From positions 1 through 35,227 of IMG/VR virus record IMGVR_UViG_3300031519_006214: a stretch of 35,227 bases of DNA. One strand, written 5' to 3'. Both the position numbers and the translations under genes were made by a program. Numbering within the stretch: the first letter of the stretch is position 1; each line of letters starts with the position of its first letter. This DNA is from a virus (lineage: Duplodnaviria > Caudoviricetes). This document shows, one piece after another, positions 9,523 through 17,616 of the stretch. Below the pieces are notes generated by a model. It was given only the letters and a program-made list of their open reading frames with translations. It did no database searches and was not told where the DNA came from.

Positions 9523-10476
9523 TTATGCTACCTTTTCTATTGTTACATAGCCGTGATTAGACTGACTTATATAGCCTACATTAATTTGTGACGTTCCGTA
9601 CGAAGTATTGGTATAGCTGGCGCCACCGCCTCCTCCGTTGTTAGCATGTCCGTTGCCGCCTCCACCTGAATAACCTGCTCCGCCGCCGCCGCCACCTGAG
9701 TTGCCGTGGGTGCCACCACCACCACCGAAGCCGCCTACTTGGCTACTACAAGTATCGCCGCCTTGTAAGCCGCTTCTCCAGCCACGGCCGTATGCAACGC
9801 CACAGTTATTTGCATTACCGCCATCTGAATTAAAGCCGCCTCCACTGCCGCCATAAGGACTATTACTACTATGACTTCCGCCGCCGTTGCCGGACGAATT
9901 CCCACTGCCGCCGCTGCTGTCACCAGATCTTGACGAAGTATTATAACTTCCGTCCATGTTACTTGAATTGTTGCCGCTATAGGATCCTGCTCCGCTGCCT
10001 GCAATTATTAGTGGCGTTGCTGCTGCCACACCTGACAACGAGCCGCCGACTTCGGATAACACTACCCACGACGCTCCACCTGCGCCGCCAGATGTCTGCC
10101 GTGTTGCTGTTTGTCCAACCACAATGTCTATCTTGTCGCCAGATGTAAGAGACATTGTACTACGAATTATTACTCCACGTCCACCTTGTGGGCCTGCTCC
10201 TGCCGCAGCTACAGTAACAGTATAATTAGCCGTTGCTGGCACAGTCCATCGCTGGTATCCTTCGAAATACCCTTGATCTAAATAATTACTATCAGCCGCC
10301 CATGCAGCGCCGCTGTATGAACTTCTTACAGTTGAAATAGACGGCCCGGTTCGACCGGTTTGTCCTGCATTAGTAAATGTATGTGATGAAAAATCGTATA
10401 AAGACGCGCCGCCGCCGCCGGCACTAGGCGTTAATGATCTTATACTGTTTGATGCAAATGTTCCCAATAGTGGCAT
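9523..10476 (-). CDS. Glycine-rich adhesin-like protein (ALK/LTK-type glycine-rich domain)
   Basis: FTNAGQTGRTGP, GYQRWTVPATANY, IVVGQ, GGAGGAS, PLIIAG, GGFGGGGG, GGGAGYSGG and HGYVTI. Confidence 0.7.
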   Translation of the reverse strand: MPLLGTFASNSIRSLTPSAGGGGASLYDFSSHTFTNAGQTGRTGPSISTVRSSYSGAAWAADSNYLDQGYFEGYQRWTVPATANYTVTVAAAGAGPQGGRGVIIRSTMSLTSGDKIDIVVGQTATRQTSGGAGGASWVVLSEVGGSLSGVAAATPLIIAGSGAGSYSGNNSSNMDGSYNTSSRSGDSSGGSGNSSGNGGGSHSSNSPYGGSGGGFNSDGGNANNCGVAYGRGWRSGLQGGDTCSSQVGGFGGGGGTHGNSGGGGGGAGYSGGGGNGHANNGGGGGASYTNTSYGTSQINVGYISQSNHGYVTIEKVA

Positions 10477-10492
10477 TGTTACTTCCTTCTTA

Positions 10493-10891
10493 TTATGACG
10501 ATGTTTGTGTTTGAAAATATTGCGCTGTAAAAATTATTTTCGAACCGCGTAAATTAGGTATTTTAGGATTAACAATTATATCCACATACGAGTTGTTTAC
10601 CAATGCATCTACAGTTATAATATCGATATTAGTGTTGTTTCTAGCATATTCAACTACAAACGCATTATTTTCTACAGCCGTTACTAAAAATTTAATAACT
10701 TCTTTGTTTCTATTATCAAAGTCAACACTCACTGTATAATCAACACTGGCAAAGTCATTAGTATGCCAACGTTCTAACACAGTATTATCAGCAAGTGATA
10801 TCCAAGGACCATTGTGACTAGTACCACTGTTGTCTTTTAACAACAGTGTGTTCTTTAGTCCTTTAGTAAAATATTTTGTTAAATTTATCAT
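10493..10891 (-). CDS. Small beta-sandwich virion protein
   Basis: F.SVDY.V...KEVIKFLV....AFVVEYA...VDIIVNP pattern, resembling a domain I recall from tail proteins of marine myoviruses. Lies within the operon. Confidence 0.5.
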   Translation of the reverse strand: MINLTKYFTKGLKNTLLLKDNSGTSHNGPWISLADNTVLERWHTNDFASVDYTVSVDFDNRNKEVIKFLVTAVENNAFVVEYARNNTNIDIITVDALVNNSYVDIIVNPKIPNLRGSKIIFTAQYFQTQTSS

Positions 10892-10898
10892 TTATTCT

Positions 10899-11351
10899 TC
10901 ACCATTTATCTAGGGGACACGTTGCTGATGTCATTTTGGTTTTAGCAATCATAAAACACCCGCATTCTTTGCATGTAGTAGTAAGGCTAATAAATCTATC
11001 ACACTCTTTACAGATATCGTATCTCTTTTTGCTAAGTTCAGGAGCAGCAGTCTGAAACAGAGTTTCAACACCTTGAATCTGTTGTTTTTGCGCAATTTCT
11101 TTGGCAGTATACGGTCTTGTAATCCAAGTTTGGTACCATTCATTGTCTTTAAACTCAGGAGTTCCTTCACTAATAACCATAACTTCATCTGGCATTGGTG
11201 TTGTTATTAACGGGTAAACATCGTAGTTTGCTAACAGCTGACTATTAGGCATTTGACTATTTTTATAAATTACCGCTTTCGGATATTCTTCAAATAACTG
11301 ATCTAACGAATAATTATCTGGATTATTATTCGTTAATTTAATAAATCGCAT
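10899..11351 (-). CDS. Tail-fibre-assembly-like domain fused to C-terminal Cys cluster (DUF6171-like)
   Basis: LANYDVYP...EGTPEF..EWYQTWI...TAKEI, followed by RYDICKEC...CKECGCFMIAKTK....CPLDKW. Confidence 0.55.
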   Translation of the reverse strand: MRFIKLTNNNPDNYSLDQLFEEYPKAVIYKNSQMPNSQLLANYDVYPLITTPMPDEVMVISEGTPEFKDNEWYQTWITRPYTAKEIAQKQQIQGVETLFQTAAPELSKKRYDICKECDRFISLTTTCKECGCFMIAKTKMTSATCPLDKW

Positions 11352-11374
11352 TCTTAAAAAGTCCTTTAATCATA

Positions 11375-12292
11375 TTATACAATCCTAGTAATAGTGCATT
11401 TACCGTTGCCTGCTATTTGAGCACCTCCACTATTTCCATTAGAATTGCTTTGATTTGCTCCGTTGTTATAAGAGCCGCCTGCGCCACCATATTGACTACT
11501 ACTACTTGTGCCGCCTCCGCCTGAATAGCCGCCGCCAGCTCCACTTGCTCCATAACAACATCCATCAGTTGCTGAGCCGCCACCAAATCCACCAGTTGCA
11601 TTACAACTTGCGCCGCCTGTGCCGCCATTAATAAATGATTGTGGTCGACTCGCGCTACAACTGTCGCTACCTGGAGGGTTCCCGGTAAAGCCTGCACCAC
11701 CGTATACTCCGGCATTACTATTGCCACCTGCGCCGCCGCTGCCGCCACCATATGCCGAACCTGATTGTCCAGTTGTAGATGTAGTTGCATGACTTATAGT
11801 GCTACTCCACGGAGAATTTACATTACCGCCTCCGGAAACAATTAAAGGTGTATTACTATTAGTAGCAACAGCTGTCATGCCGCCACCACCTCCGTAACTC
11901 GGGCCACCTGTTTGGCCAACTAAGATTTTTATAACGTCGCCTGAAGTAAGAGTAAAGTCACCACGCATTCTTGAGCCGTATCCGCCTGTGCCGCTGTATC
12001 CGCCGCCTGAAGCTCCCCATGTTTCAATTCTATAATCGCCATCAGCTGGTACTGTCCATAATTGAATTCCATCTAGAGTATTAAAATATGAAGTGTCGGC
12101 TTTCCAAGTATCATCATCGGTACTACTAATGCCTGTACGAGCTTGTGCTAAACTAGGGCCACTAACTCCAGATGCGCCGCCGGATGTAAATGTAGCATCT
12201 ACAAATGCATACAAACCGGCGCCTGCGCCACCTACAGGACTGGGAGTTAACGACTTTGTACTGTTTGATCCAAATGTTCCCAATAGTGGCAT
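11375..12292 (-). CDS. Glycine-rich adhesin-like protein (ALK/LTK-type), paralogue of 9523-10476
   Basis: FTSGGASGVSGPSLAQ, GIQLWTVPADGDY.I..WGASGG, ILVGQ, PLIVSGGG and GGFGGG. Shares the MPLLGTF leader. Confidence 0.7.
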   Translation of the reverse strand: MPLLGTFGSNSTKSLTPSPVGGAGAGLYAFVDATFTSGGASGVSGPSLAQARTGISSTDDDTWKADTSYFNTLDGIQLWTVPADGDYRIETWGASGGGYSGTGGYGSRMRGDFTLTSGDVIKILVGQTGGPSYGGGGGMTAVATNSNTPLIVSGGGNVNSPWSSTISHATTSTTGQSGSAYGGGSGGAGGNSNAGVYGGAGFTGNPPGSDSCSASRPQSFINGGTGGASCNATGGFGGGSATDGCCYGASGAGGGYSGGGGTSSSSQYGGAGGSYNNGANQSNSNGNSGGAQIAGNGKCTITRIV

Positions 12293-12301
12293 TATTTTTC
12301 C

Positions 12302-12760
12302 TTAAGCGTAAGCATTTATACTGGCAATTACTGTAAACGTTGCGTCTGCCGTTTTCATTACAGTATATGTATACACATCAATTCCGTCTACTGTTCCAGC
12401 TGCTGGAGCTGTACCGCCCAGCCAACTAACAGTTGCAGCACTACCGTCTACTGTTACCGCAGTATTATAATATGCAGGATCACTTTGTGTTGCCATAACT
12501 ACTACAGTAATAGCTTGTCCTACATCTAACGAAGTATTTAAATCTATAGTATCGGTTATATTTATAGACCAGTTAGCAGCAGTTGCAACATCATAATAAT
12601 GTATCGAGCCATCACTTGCATTAATAGTTGTACTGGACGGGATCGCTACTCCTTTAATTCCTACTTTTTCAATAACTTGTGACAGGTATGCAATAGCGTC
12701 AACTGATAGTGAATCAATTGTAGGATTTCCTCTAGTACCTGTTGTTAATAATTGTCTCAT
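12302..12760 (-). CDS. Tail-fibre C-terminal-type domain protein (putative adaptor)
   Basis: GQAITVVV...DPAYY..VTVDG...WLGGTAP..G..DGIDVYTYTVMKT. Homologous to the N-terminal part of 12770-14119. Confidence 0.6.
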   Translation of the reverse strand: MRQLLTTGTRGNPTIDSLSVDAIAYLSQVIEKVGIKGVAIPSSTTINASDGSIHYYDVATAANWSINITDTIDLNTSLDVGQAITVVVMATQSDPAYYNTAVTVDGSAATVSWLGGTAPAAGTVDGIDVYTYTVMKTADATFTVIASINAYA

Positions 12761-12769
12761 ATCTTTTCC

Positions 12770-14119
12770 TTAATAATTTGTTACGTTGCCGTTAGAGTCG
12801 CCTTGTGCTACACTAGTCGTCGGCCATTCTCTGCCATCACCCCATATTACACGAACTGCTCCGGGGGCACCATTTCCACTAGTCGAGGGCCAGTTTGTTC
12901 CAGGGCCGCCGCCACCTCCGCCATAATTTCCGCCTTGGATATTGTTTGAACTCTGGCCTCTGCCGCTCCAAGGATTTTCACCCCACATGCCTCGATCACC
13001 GCTACTACCTCCATTGCCGCCGCCACCTGGCGATCCGTTGCCATTCCACGGAGTATAAAATCCGTTACCGCTCGAACCTTCTCCATACATACCAACACCG
13101 CCGCCTGCGCCTGTGCCCCAAGTTGATGAGTAGTTATTTCCGCCTGATGCACTGCCTCCGCTGCCGCTGCCGCCCGCGTTGCCACCGTTCCCTGTATATC
13201 CGGCAGCGCCGCCACCGCCTGTCCAATCGTTTGCATTACCGCCAGCGCCGCCGCCGTCGCCTACATAGCCGCCGCCGCGTCCGTTGCTGTTAGGTCCACT
13301 GGTATCTCCACTTGCAGAACCGCCGCCGTAACCTGCTACAGTATTTGTGTCTACAAAGTAGCTGTTGCCGCCGTTACTAGCATTTCCGCCTCCGCTGCCG
13401 ACTACTACTTGCACTGACGATCCAGGTGTAACTAGAATTTCATTTTTCCATCCTAAGCCAGCTCCTGCTCCAGCTGGATTTGCCCAGCCGTTTTGGCCGC
13501 CTCCGCCGCCACCCATGGCTGCAACGTGAACTTTCCACACTCCGTCTGGTACTGTCCAATTATACGAACCAGCGTTTAAAAATGTTGCTTCGCCTGGCTC
13601 GATTGGTCCGCCTCCGCCTGCACCAAATGATCCTCCGGTAGAACCAGCATTGCCAAACACTTTAATAGTACCTTCCATAGTTTTAGTAAACGTAAATGAA
13701 TATGCATCTATAGAATTTACTACTCCTGCACTTGGTGATCCTGATGCGCCATTCCAGACAAGTTGGCCTGTGGTAAAAGCTACGCCATCAATTGTTGCAT
13801 TTGCCAGAAAGAATGCAGGATCACTATTTGGTACTAGGACAGCTACGGTTATCGCTTGTCCAGGTCCTATTACTGATTTCAATCCTCCAGGTGCGCCGCT
13901 AGCTATAAAATTAAATGTAAAGTTAGCAGATGCATTAGCTGTAAAATTATGTAGTGTTCCTCTTGATATGTCAATATCTACTGCTGCGGCACTAGGTGCC
14001 CCAGAGTGTGTAACTACTCTTTCGGACATATTTTTAACTTCGGTATTGCCGTTTACCTGCATTGTATTTGTCGTTACATCGGATTGTATTCCACCGATCC
14101 CTACTAAACTTCTTGGCAT
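12770..14119 (-). CDS. Fibre/adaptor domain fused to glycine-rich adhesin domain
   Basis: N-terminal GQAITVAV..NSDPAFF..TIDG..WNG..G.PSAG..NSIDAYSFTFTKT. C-terminal GSYNWTVPDGVWKVHVAAMGGGGGG...GAPGAVRVIW. Confidence 0.7.
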   Translation of the reverse strand: MPRSLVGIGGIQSDVTTNTMQVNGNTEVKNMSERVVTHSGAPSAAAVDIDISRGTLHNFTANASANFTFNFIASGAPGGLKSVIGPGQAITVAVLVPNSDPAFFLANATIDGVAFTTGQLVWNGASGSPSAGVVNSIDAYSFTFTKTMEGTIKVFGNAGSTGGSFGAGGGGPIEPGEATFLNAGSYNWTVPDGVWKVHVAAMGGGGGGQNGWANPAGAGAGLGWKNEILVTPGSSVQVVVGSGGGNASNGGNSYFVDTNTVAGYGGGSASGDTSGPNSNGRGGGYVGDGGGAGGNANDWTGGGGAAGYTGNGGNAGGSGSGGSASGGNNYSSTWGTGAGGGVGMYGEGSSGNGFYTPWNGNGSPGGGGNGGSSGDRGMWGENPWSGRGQSSNNIQGGNYGGGGGGPGTNWPSTSGNGAPGAVRVIWGDGREWPTTSVAQGDSNGNVTNY

Positions 14120-14144
14120 TTGTTACTCCAACTTTATTATACAG

Positions 14145-14152
14145 TATTTATA
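14145..14152 (-). promoter_or_regulatory. T4 consensus late promoter TATAAATA
   Basis: Exact match immediately after the carbamoyltransferase stop, ~26 nt before the ATG at 14119. Confidence 0.7.
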
Positions 14153-15934
14153 TCAATTATTAGATAATGTGATAAGTTTATTATACTCTGGCAGATACAG
14201 ATACTCGATATCACTTTGTTGCAAAGTCCATAGTGCATCTTCTAGTGTTTCTGCCAATGGCTCACCTCCTAAGTTAAAGCTTGTATTAAATACAATAGGC
14301 GTTCCTGTACGTTCTTTAAACGCTTTAATAATATCATAGTAATGCGGATTCTGTTCTCTGTTAACTGTTTGTATACGGCATGTTCCGTCTACATGAATAA
14401 TAGCAGGTATTTTCTCTTCAATGCCAGGCTGACAGTTTACAGCATACATCATTGTAGGAGAGCTTTCCATTCCACGTAAGTCGAACCATTCATGCACATC
14501 TTCTTCTAATATACTTCCAGCAAATGGTCGGAAGTATTCTCGATGTTTAATTTCGTTAACAAAGTCTTTGCCGTCTTGATATGTAGGATCAAACATTAAG
14601 CTTCTGTTACCCAATGCACGTGGGCCATTCTCTGAGGCGCCTTGAAATACTGCAACAATATTTTTAGTTGTGATTAAATCAACTAATGTATCATGAGTTG
14701 CATCTTTTATCTCAGCTTGGAATTTTTTCGTTAACGAAATAATGTCATTTTTACTATAATTATATATTGGTCCTAAATATAAATTATCAGTTCTAGGAAA
14801 TGCATCAGTACTTTGTTCTAAAGATTTATAAAACATCATCGCTGCGCCCATTGCAGTGCCTGCATCATTAGACACTGGTTCTACATATAGATTAATGCCT
14901 TCGCCTTTTAACTCTTCTAGATAATAATAGTTAGCAACACAATTTAGACCATAGCCGCCGCTTAATACAACATTTTTATCGCCTGTAATTTCTACTGATT
15001 TTCTAATTAGATCAGCTACGGCTTTTTGTGTCTGTGTTTGACAAGCATATGCTAAATCTCTTCTATTTTGTAACGTAGTTACATCGTCGGCATCACTTTC
15101 TTTTAATTCGTCAAACATATCTTGGTTTACTACTGCGGCATTTGGATATGTTGGAATAATAACATTTCTATTAGATAGCGGTACAATGGATGTTGAATCA
15201 AATAAGTCTGGAATATTTTTATTTGGGTTACCGTATGGAAATAGACCCATGGTTTTTCCAGCTTCAATTGAACTAAATCCACAATACTGTGTTACTGCTT
15301 CGTATACCTTAACAATTCCAGCACGATCAGAAACAACTACTTTATATTTGCTATCGTTCTCTTCGGTATCAATTATACTCCCAGCAGTTGGGCCGCGCAG
15401 TCCTATGTGCTTGTGTATAGTGTCAAAGTTATTAGGATAGCTACATTTAAAAGAAGTTTCGGTTTCCCACCCAGTAACTTGCTCATTGCCTATTTGCATA
15501 GGAATAAATGTTCCTGCACCGTCAACTATTACTGCTGTTGCTGTTTCAAACCCGCTTCTATAAAATGCACAAGCTGCATGTAATCTATGATGCATATGAC
15601 TAAAATCTATTACTTGTGGATGTTCGTATATGTTAGCTTTTCTATCAATTAATCCCAATTTTCTCGCCAGGCCGGTGTACACATCGTCGCCTGTAAAATC
15701 TACTTTTCCTGCTGTTTCGTTTAAGTTTTGTGTATGTGCAATAATTAGATAATCAATTTTATCAGTATATTCTAAAATTTTAACCATCGACGCATATGGG
15801 CCGCCATCGTACTTATGGCGACTCAATCGTTCTTCTTCTATTGAAAACACAATCTCACCGTCTTTCATTAAGCAAACACCTGCATTGTGTCCTCTTGCAA
15901 TTGCTGCAATATAACCTGTGTTACTCTTCATCAT
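14153..15934 (-). CDS. O-carbamoyltransferase, NodU/CmcH/TobZ family
   Basis: EEERLSR, HHxxHAxxAFY, VDGAG, GKTMGL, SGGYGLNCVAN, NDAGTAMGAA, GPRALGNRS, KHREYFRPFA, HVDGTCRIQTV and NTSFN. Confidence 0.93.
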   Translation of the reverse strand: MMKSNTGYIAAIARGHNAGVCLMKDGEIVFSIEEERLSRHKYDGGPYASMVKILEYTDKIDYLIIAHTQNLNETAGKVDFTGDDVYTGLARKLGLIDRKANIYEHPQVIDFSHMHHRLHAACAFYRSGFETATAVIVDGAGTFIPMQIGNEQVTGWETETSFKCSYPNNFDTIHKHIGLRGPTAGSIIDTEENDSKYKVVVSDRAGIVKVYEAVTQYCGFSSIEAGKTMGLFPYGNPNKNIPDLFDSTSIVPLSNRNVIIPTYPNAAVVNQDMFDELKESDADDVTTLQNRRDLAYACQTQTQKAVADLIRKSVEITGDKNVVLSGGYGLNCVANYYYLEELKGEGINLYVEPVSNDAGTAMGAAMMFYKSLEQSTDAFPRTDNLYLGPIYNYSKNDIISLTKKFQAEIKDATHDTLVDLITTKNIVAVFQGASENGPRALGNRSLMFDPTYQDGKDFVNEIKHREYFRPFAGSILEEDVHEWFDLRGMESSPTMMYAVNCQPGIEEKIPAIIHVDGTCRIQTVNREQNPHYYDIIKAFKERTGTPIVFNTSFNLGGEPLAETLEDALWTLQQSDIEYLYLPEYNKLITLSNN

Positions 15935-16862
15935 TTTTTATTCCTAAGATAGTATTAATTATATAGTCGTGTATTTCTGGTGTCATTGTCATAATATTTT
16001 CATTATTTCTAGATGTAGTTTCATCTGGCATAATTCTAATAGGATCATACACTCTTTCGTGCATTCCTAAGTCGATAATATTAAAAAAGTCACATTCTGG
16101 ATATGATACGTTTATCGGAAATGTTGATCCTATGATTGCTGTTGTCGGTGTTTCACTGGTATACGACAAGTGCTGTCCAACGCTATCACATCCTAGAAAA
16201 TGATCTGCATATTTAAGAATTGCCATCCATTGTCTTAAATTTACGCCCTCTGGCATTGCAACTTCTTGTTTAAATTTATCTTTAGAAAAATCAAACTGCA
16301 TTTCAGACATTAATACAACGCCAAAATCTTTTTCTTGTAATTTTCTAATAAGTGCTTTAAGGTCTTTATATTCAATACTTCTACCAGAATTATCAACGAA
16401 ACTGTTATCAATATGTTGCATGCTTCTGCCAAATGGTTGTATAACAATAATTTTATCTTTTTTAAGTTTTTCTTTACAATCGGCAATTAACTTTCTGCCT
16501 GTGATTAGTTCTTCTTTTGATAAATTTATTTTTGGTTTGGGAAGTTCGCGCAATCCTTTATCATTAATTTGAATATCAAATGCTTGGGTTAAACTACATT
16601 TTTGATTATAATATTCCCAAACTCGATATGGTTCTGTACTAACAATATCTCTATCTTTAAGTTTGTCTTTAAATAATGCTTTGTGCCAATGGTCATATGC
16701 ACGTTCGTCTAATAAAGGATGTCCTTTGAAAGCGTCGGTGCCGCCTTCACATACGATAATAAAATCCTCATCGCCTGACTCTTCGTAATATTTTTCAAAT
16801 GCAGGAATCGAGCAAACTACTCGCCCATAGCCACCGTTAATAAAAAATGCGTTTGATCTCAT
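15921..16862 (-). CDS. GT-B glycosyltransferase, GT9 (heptosyltransferase)-like
   Basis: N-terminal GGYGRVVCSIPA aligns with GT9 xGDVxxxxPA. Also KIIVIQPFG and C-terminal LRQWMAILKYADHFLGCDSVGQHL....P..AIIGST.P (GT9 D[ST]GxxH motif). Confidence 0.72.
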   Translation of the reverse strand: MRSNAFFINGGYGRVVCSIPAFEKYYEESGDEDFIIVCEGGTDAFKGHPLLDERAYDHWHKALFKDKLKDRDIVSTEPYRVWEYYNQKCSLTQAFDIQINDKGLRELPKPKINLSKEELITGRKLIADCKEKLKKDKIIVIQPFGRSMQHIDNSFVDNSGRSIEYKDLKALIRKLQEKDFGVVLMSEMQFDFSKDKFKQEVAMPEGVNLRQWMAILKYADHFLGCDSVGQHLSYTSETPTTAIIGSTFPINVSYPECDFFNIIDLGMHERVYDPIRIMPDETTSRNNENIMTMTPEIHDYIINTILGIKNDEE

Positions 16863-16914
16863 AAATAATTCCTTTAGTAAAAAGCTTCTATTTTTACTTA
16901 TAAAGAATTATTTA
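16862..16914 (-). promoter_or_regulatory. RBS-sequestering hairpin with nested late promoter (TAAATA 16909-16914)
   Basis: Imperfect inverted repeat of about 21 bp (16862-16883 with 16891-16914). It covers the SD and the first base of the GT start codon. Confidence 0.55.
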
Positions 16915-16936
16915 ATATTGTACACATTCTGATTAA

Positions 16937-17554
16937 TTATGCAGGCATAGTAGGATAAGGGATTTTCCAAAAATCGACTTCAGAAAATTCGATTTTTAAA
17001 TTTTTCAATGCTTCTAGATACTCATTTAACGGTTGGTTGGCGCCATCGTGTACTCCTATATCAGAATCTTTTTCTATTTCTGAAATTCGGTTATCTAATG
17101 TTTCCCAAAAGGTTTTGTTGTTAGTTACTGGAGTTACTTTTTCTAATGTTCCGAATGTTTGAGTAGTGTGATCATACGTCAGTTCATTACTATTATATAT
17201 GTTTGAAAAAATCTTTGACCCGTAACTATATTCGTACACGTCTCCGTTAGGAAGATCCTCTGTATAATCATCGATCGGTTCGTGACTGTACTGTTGCGTA
17301 AGGATGCAAGCTTCTAATAGGTGATCATAAGCATCGATAATATGAAATGTGTGTTTATCACTGACATAATCGCCTAAGTTTATATCTTCTACGTTGTCAT
17401 GAGTAGTTTCGGTATAATCTATTATTTTTGTATCAGGCAAAATTCCTACGACTATATACCTTGCTTCGGTATACGTAACAGTATGCGTTTTTCCTAATTC
17501 ATATGTTGTTTTGAATGGCTCGTCTGGCACATTAAATTCGAATTGAGTAGACAT
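16937..17554 (-). CDS. Putative tail fibre assembly chaperone (Tfa-like C-terminus)
   Basis: C-terminal W....R...E.DSD......LNEYLEALKNL......WKIPYPTMP resembles the Tfa Y..AL.DL...WP..P pattern. Directly follows fibre-like genes. Confidence 0.55.
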   Translation of the reverse strand: MSTQFEFNVPDEPFKTTYELGKTHTVTYTEARYIVVGILPDTKIIDYTETTHDNVEDINLGDYVSDKHTFHIIDAYDHLLEACILTQQYSHEPIDDYTEDLPNGDVYEYSYGSKIFSNIYNSNELTYDHTTQTFGTLEKVTPVTNNKTFWETLDNRISEIEKDSDIGVHDGANQPLNEYLEALKNLKIEFSEVDFWKIPYPTMPA

Positions 17555-17588
17555 TTTTTTCCTCTTTAAATAACGTATTGTATTGTAG

Positions 17589-17596
17589 TACTTATT
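17589..17596 (-). promoter_or_regulatory. Possible late promoter variant (AATAAGTA)
   Basis: Intergenic, ~35 nt upstream of 17554, with one mismatch in the TAAATA core. Confidence 0.3.
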
Positions 17597-17616
17597 AAGA
17601 AATTTTTAGAATCTAA

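Noticed and set aside
12293-12772. Three consecutive ORFs (449, 152, 305 aa) in one frame, each joined by TAA + 9 nt; possible stop read-through or recoding
   Set aside because: Each spacer is TAAGGA-N6-ATG, the ordinary stop/Shine-Dalgarno overlap seen elsewhere in the operon. TAA is the main stop throughout.
12900-13620. GC-rich ccgccgccg runs as DNA repeats or a foreign island
   Set aside because: Explained by poly-glycine GGC codons on the - strand.
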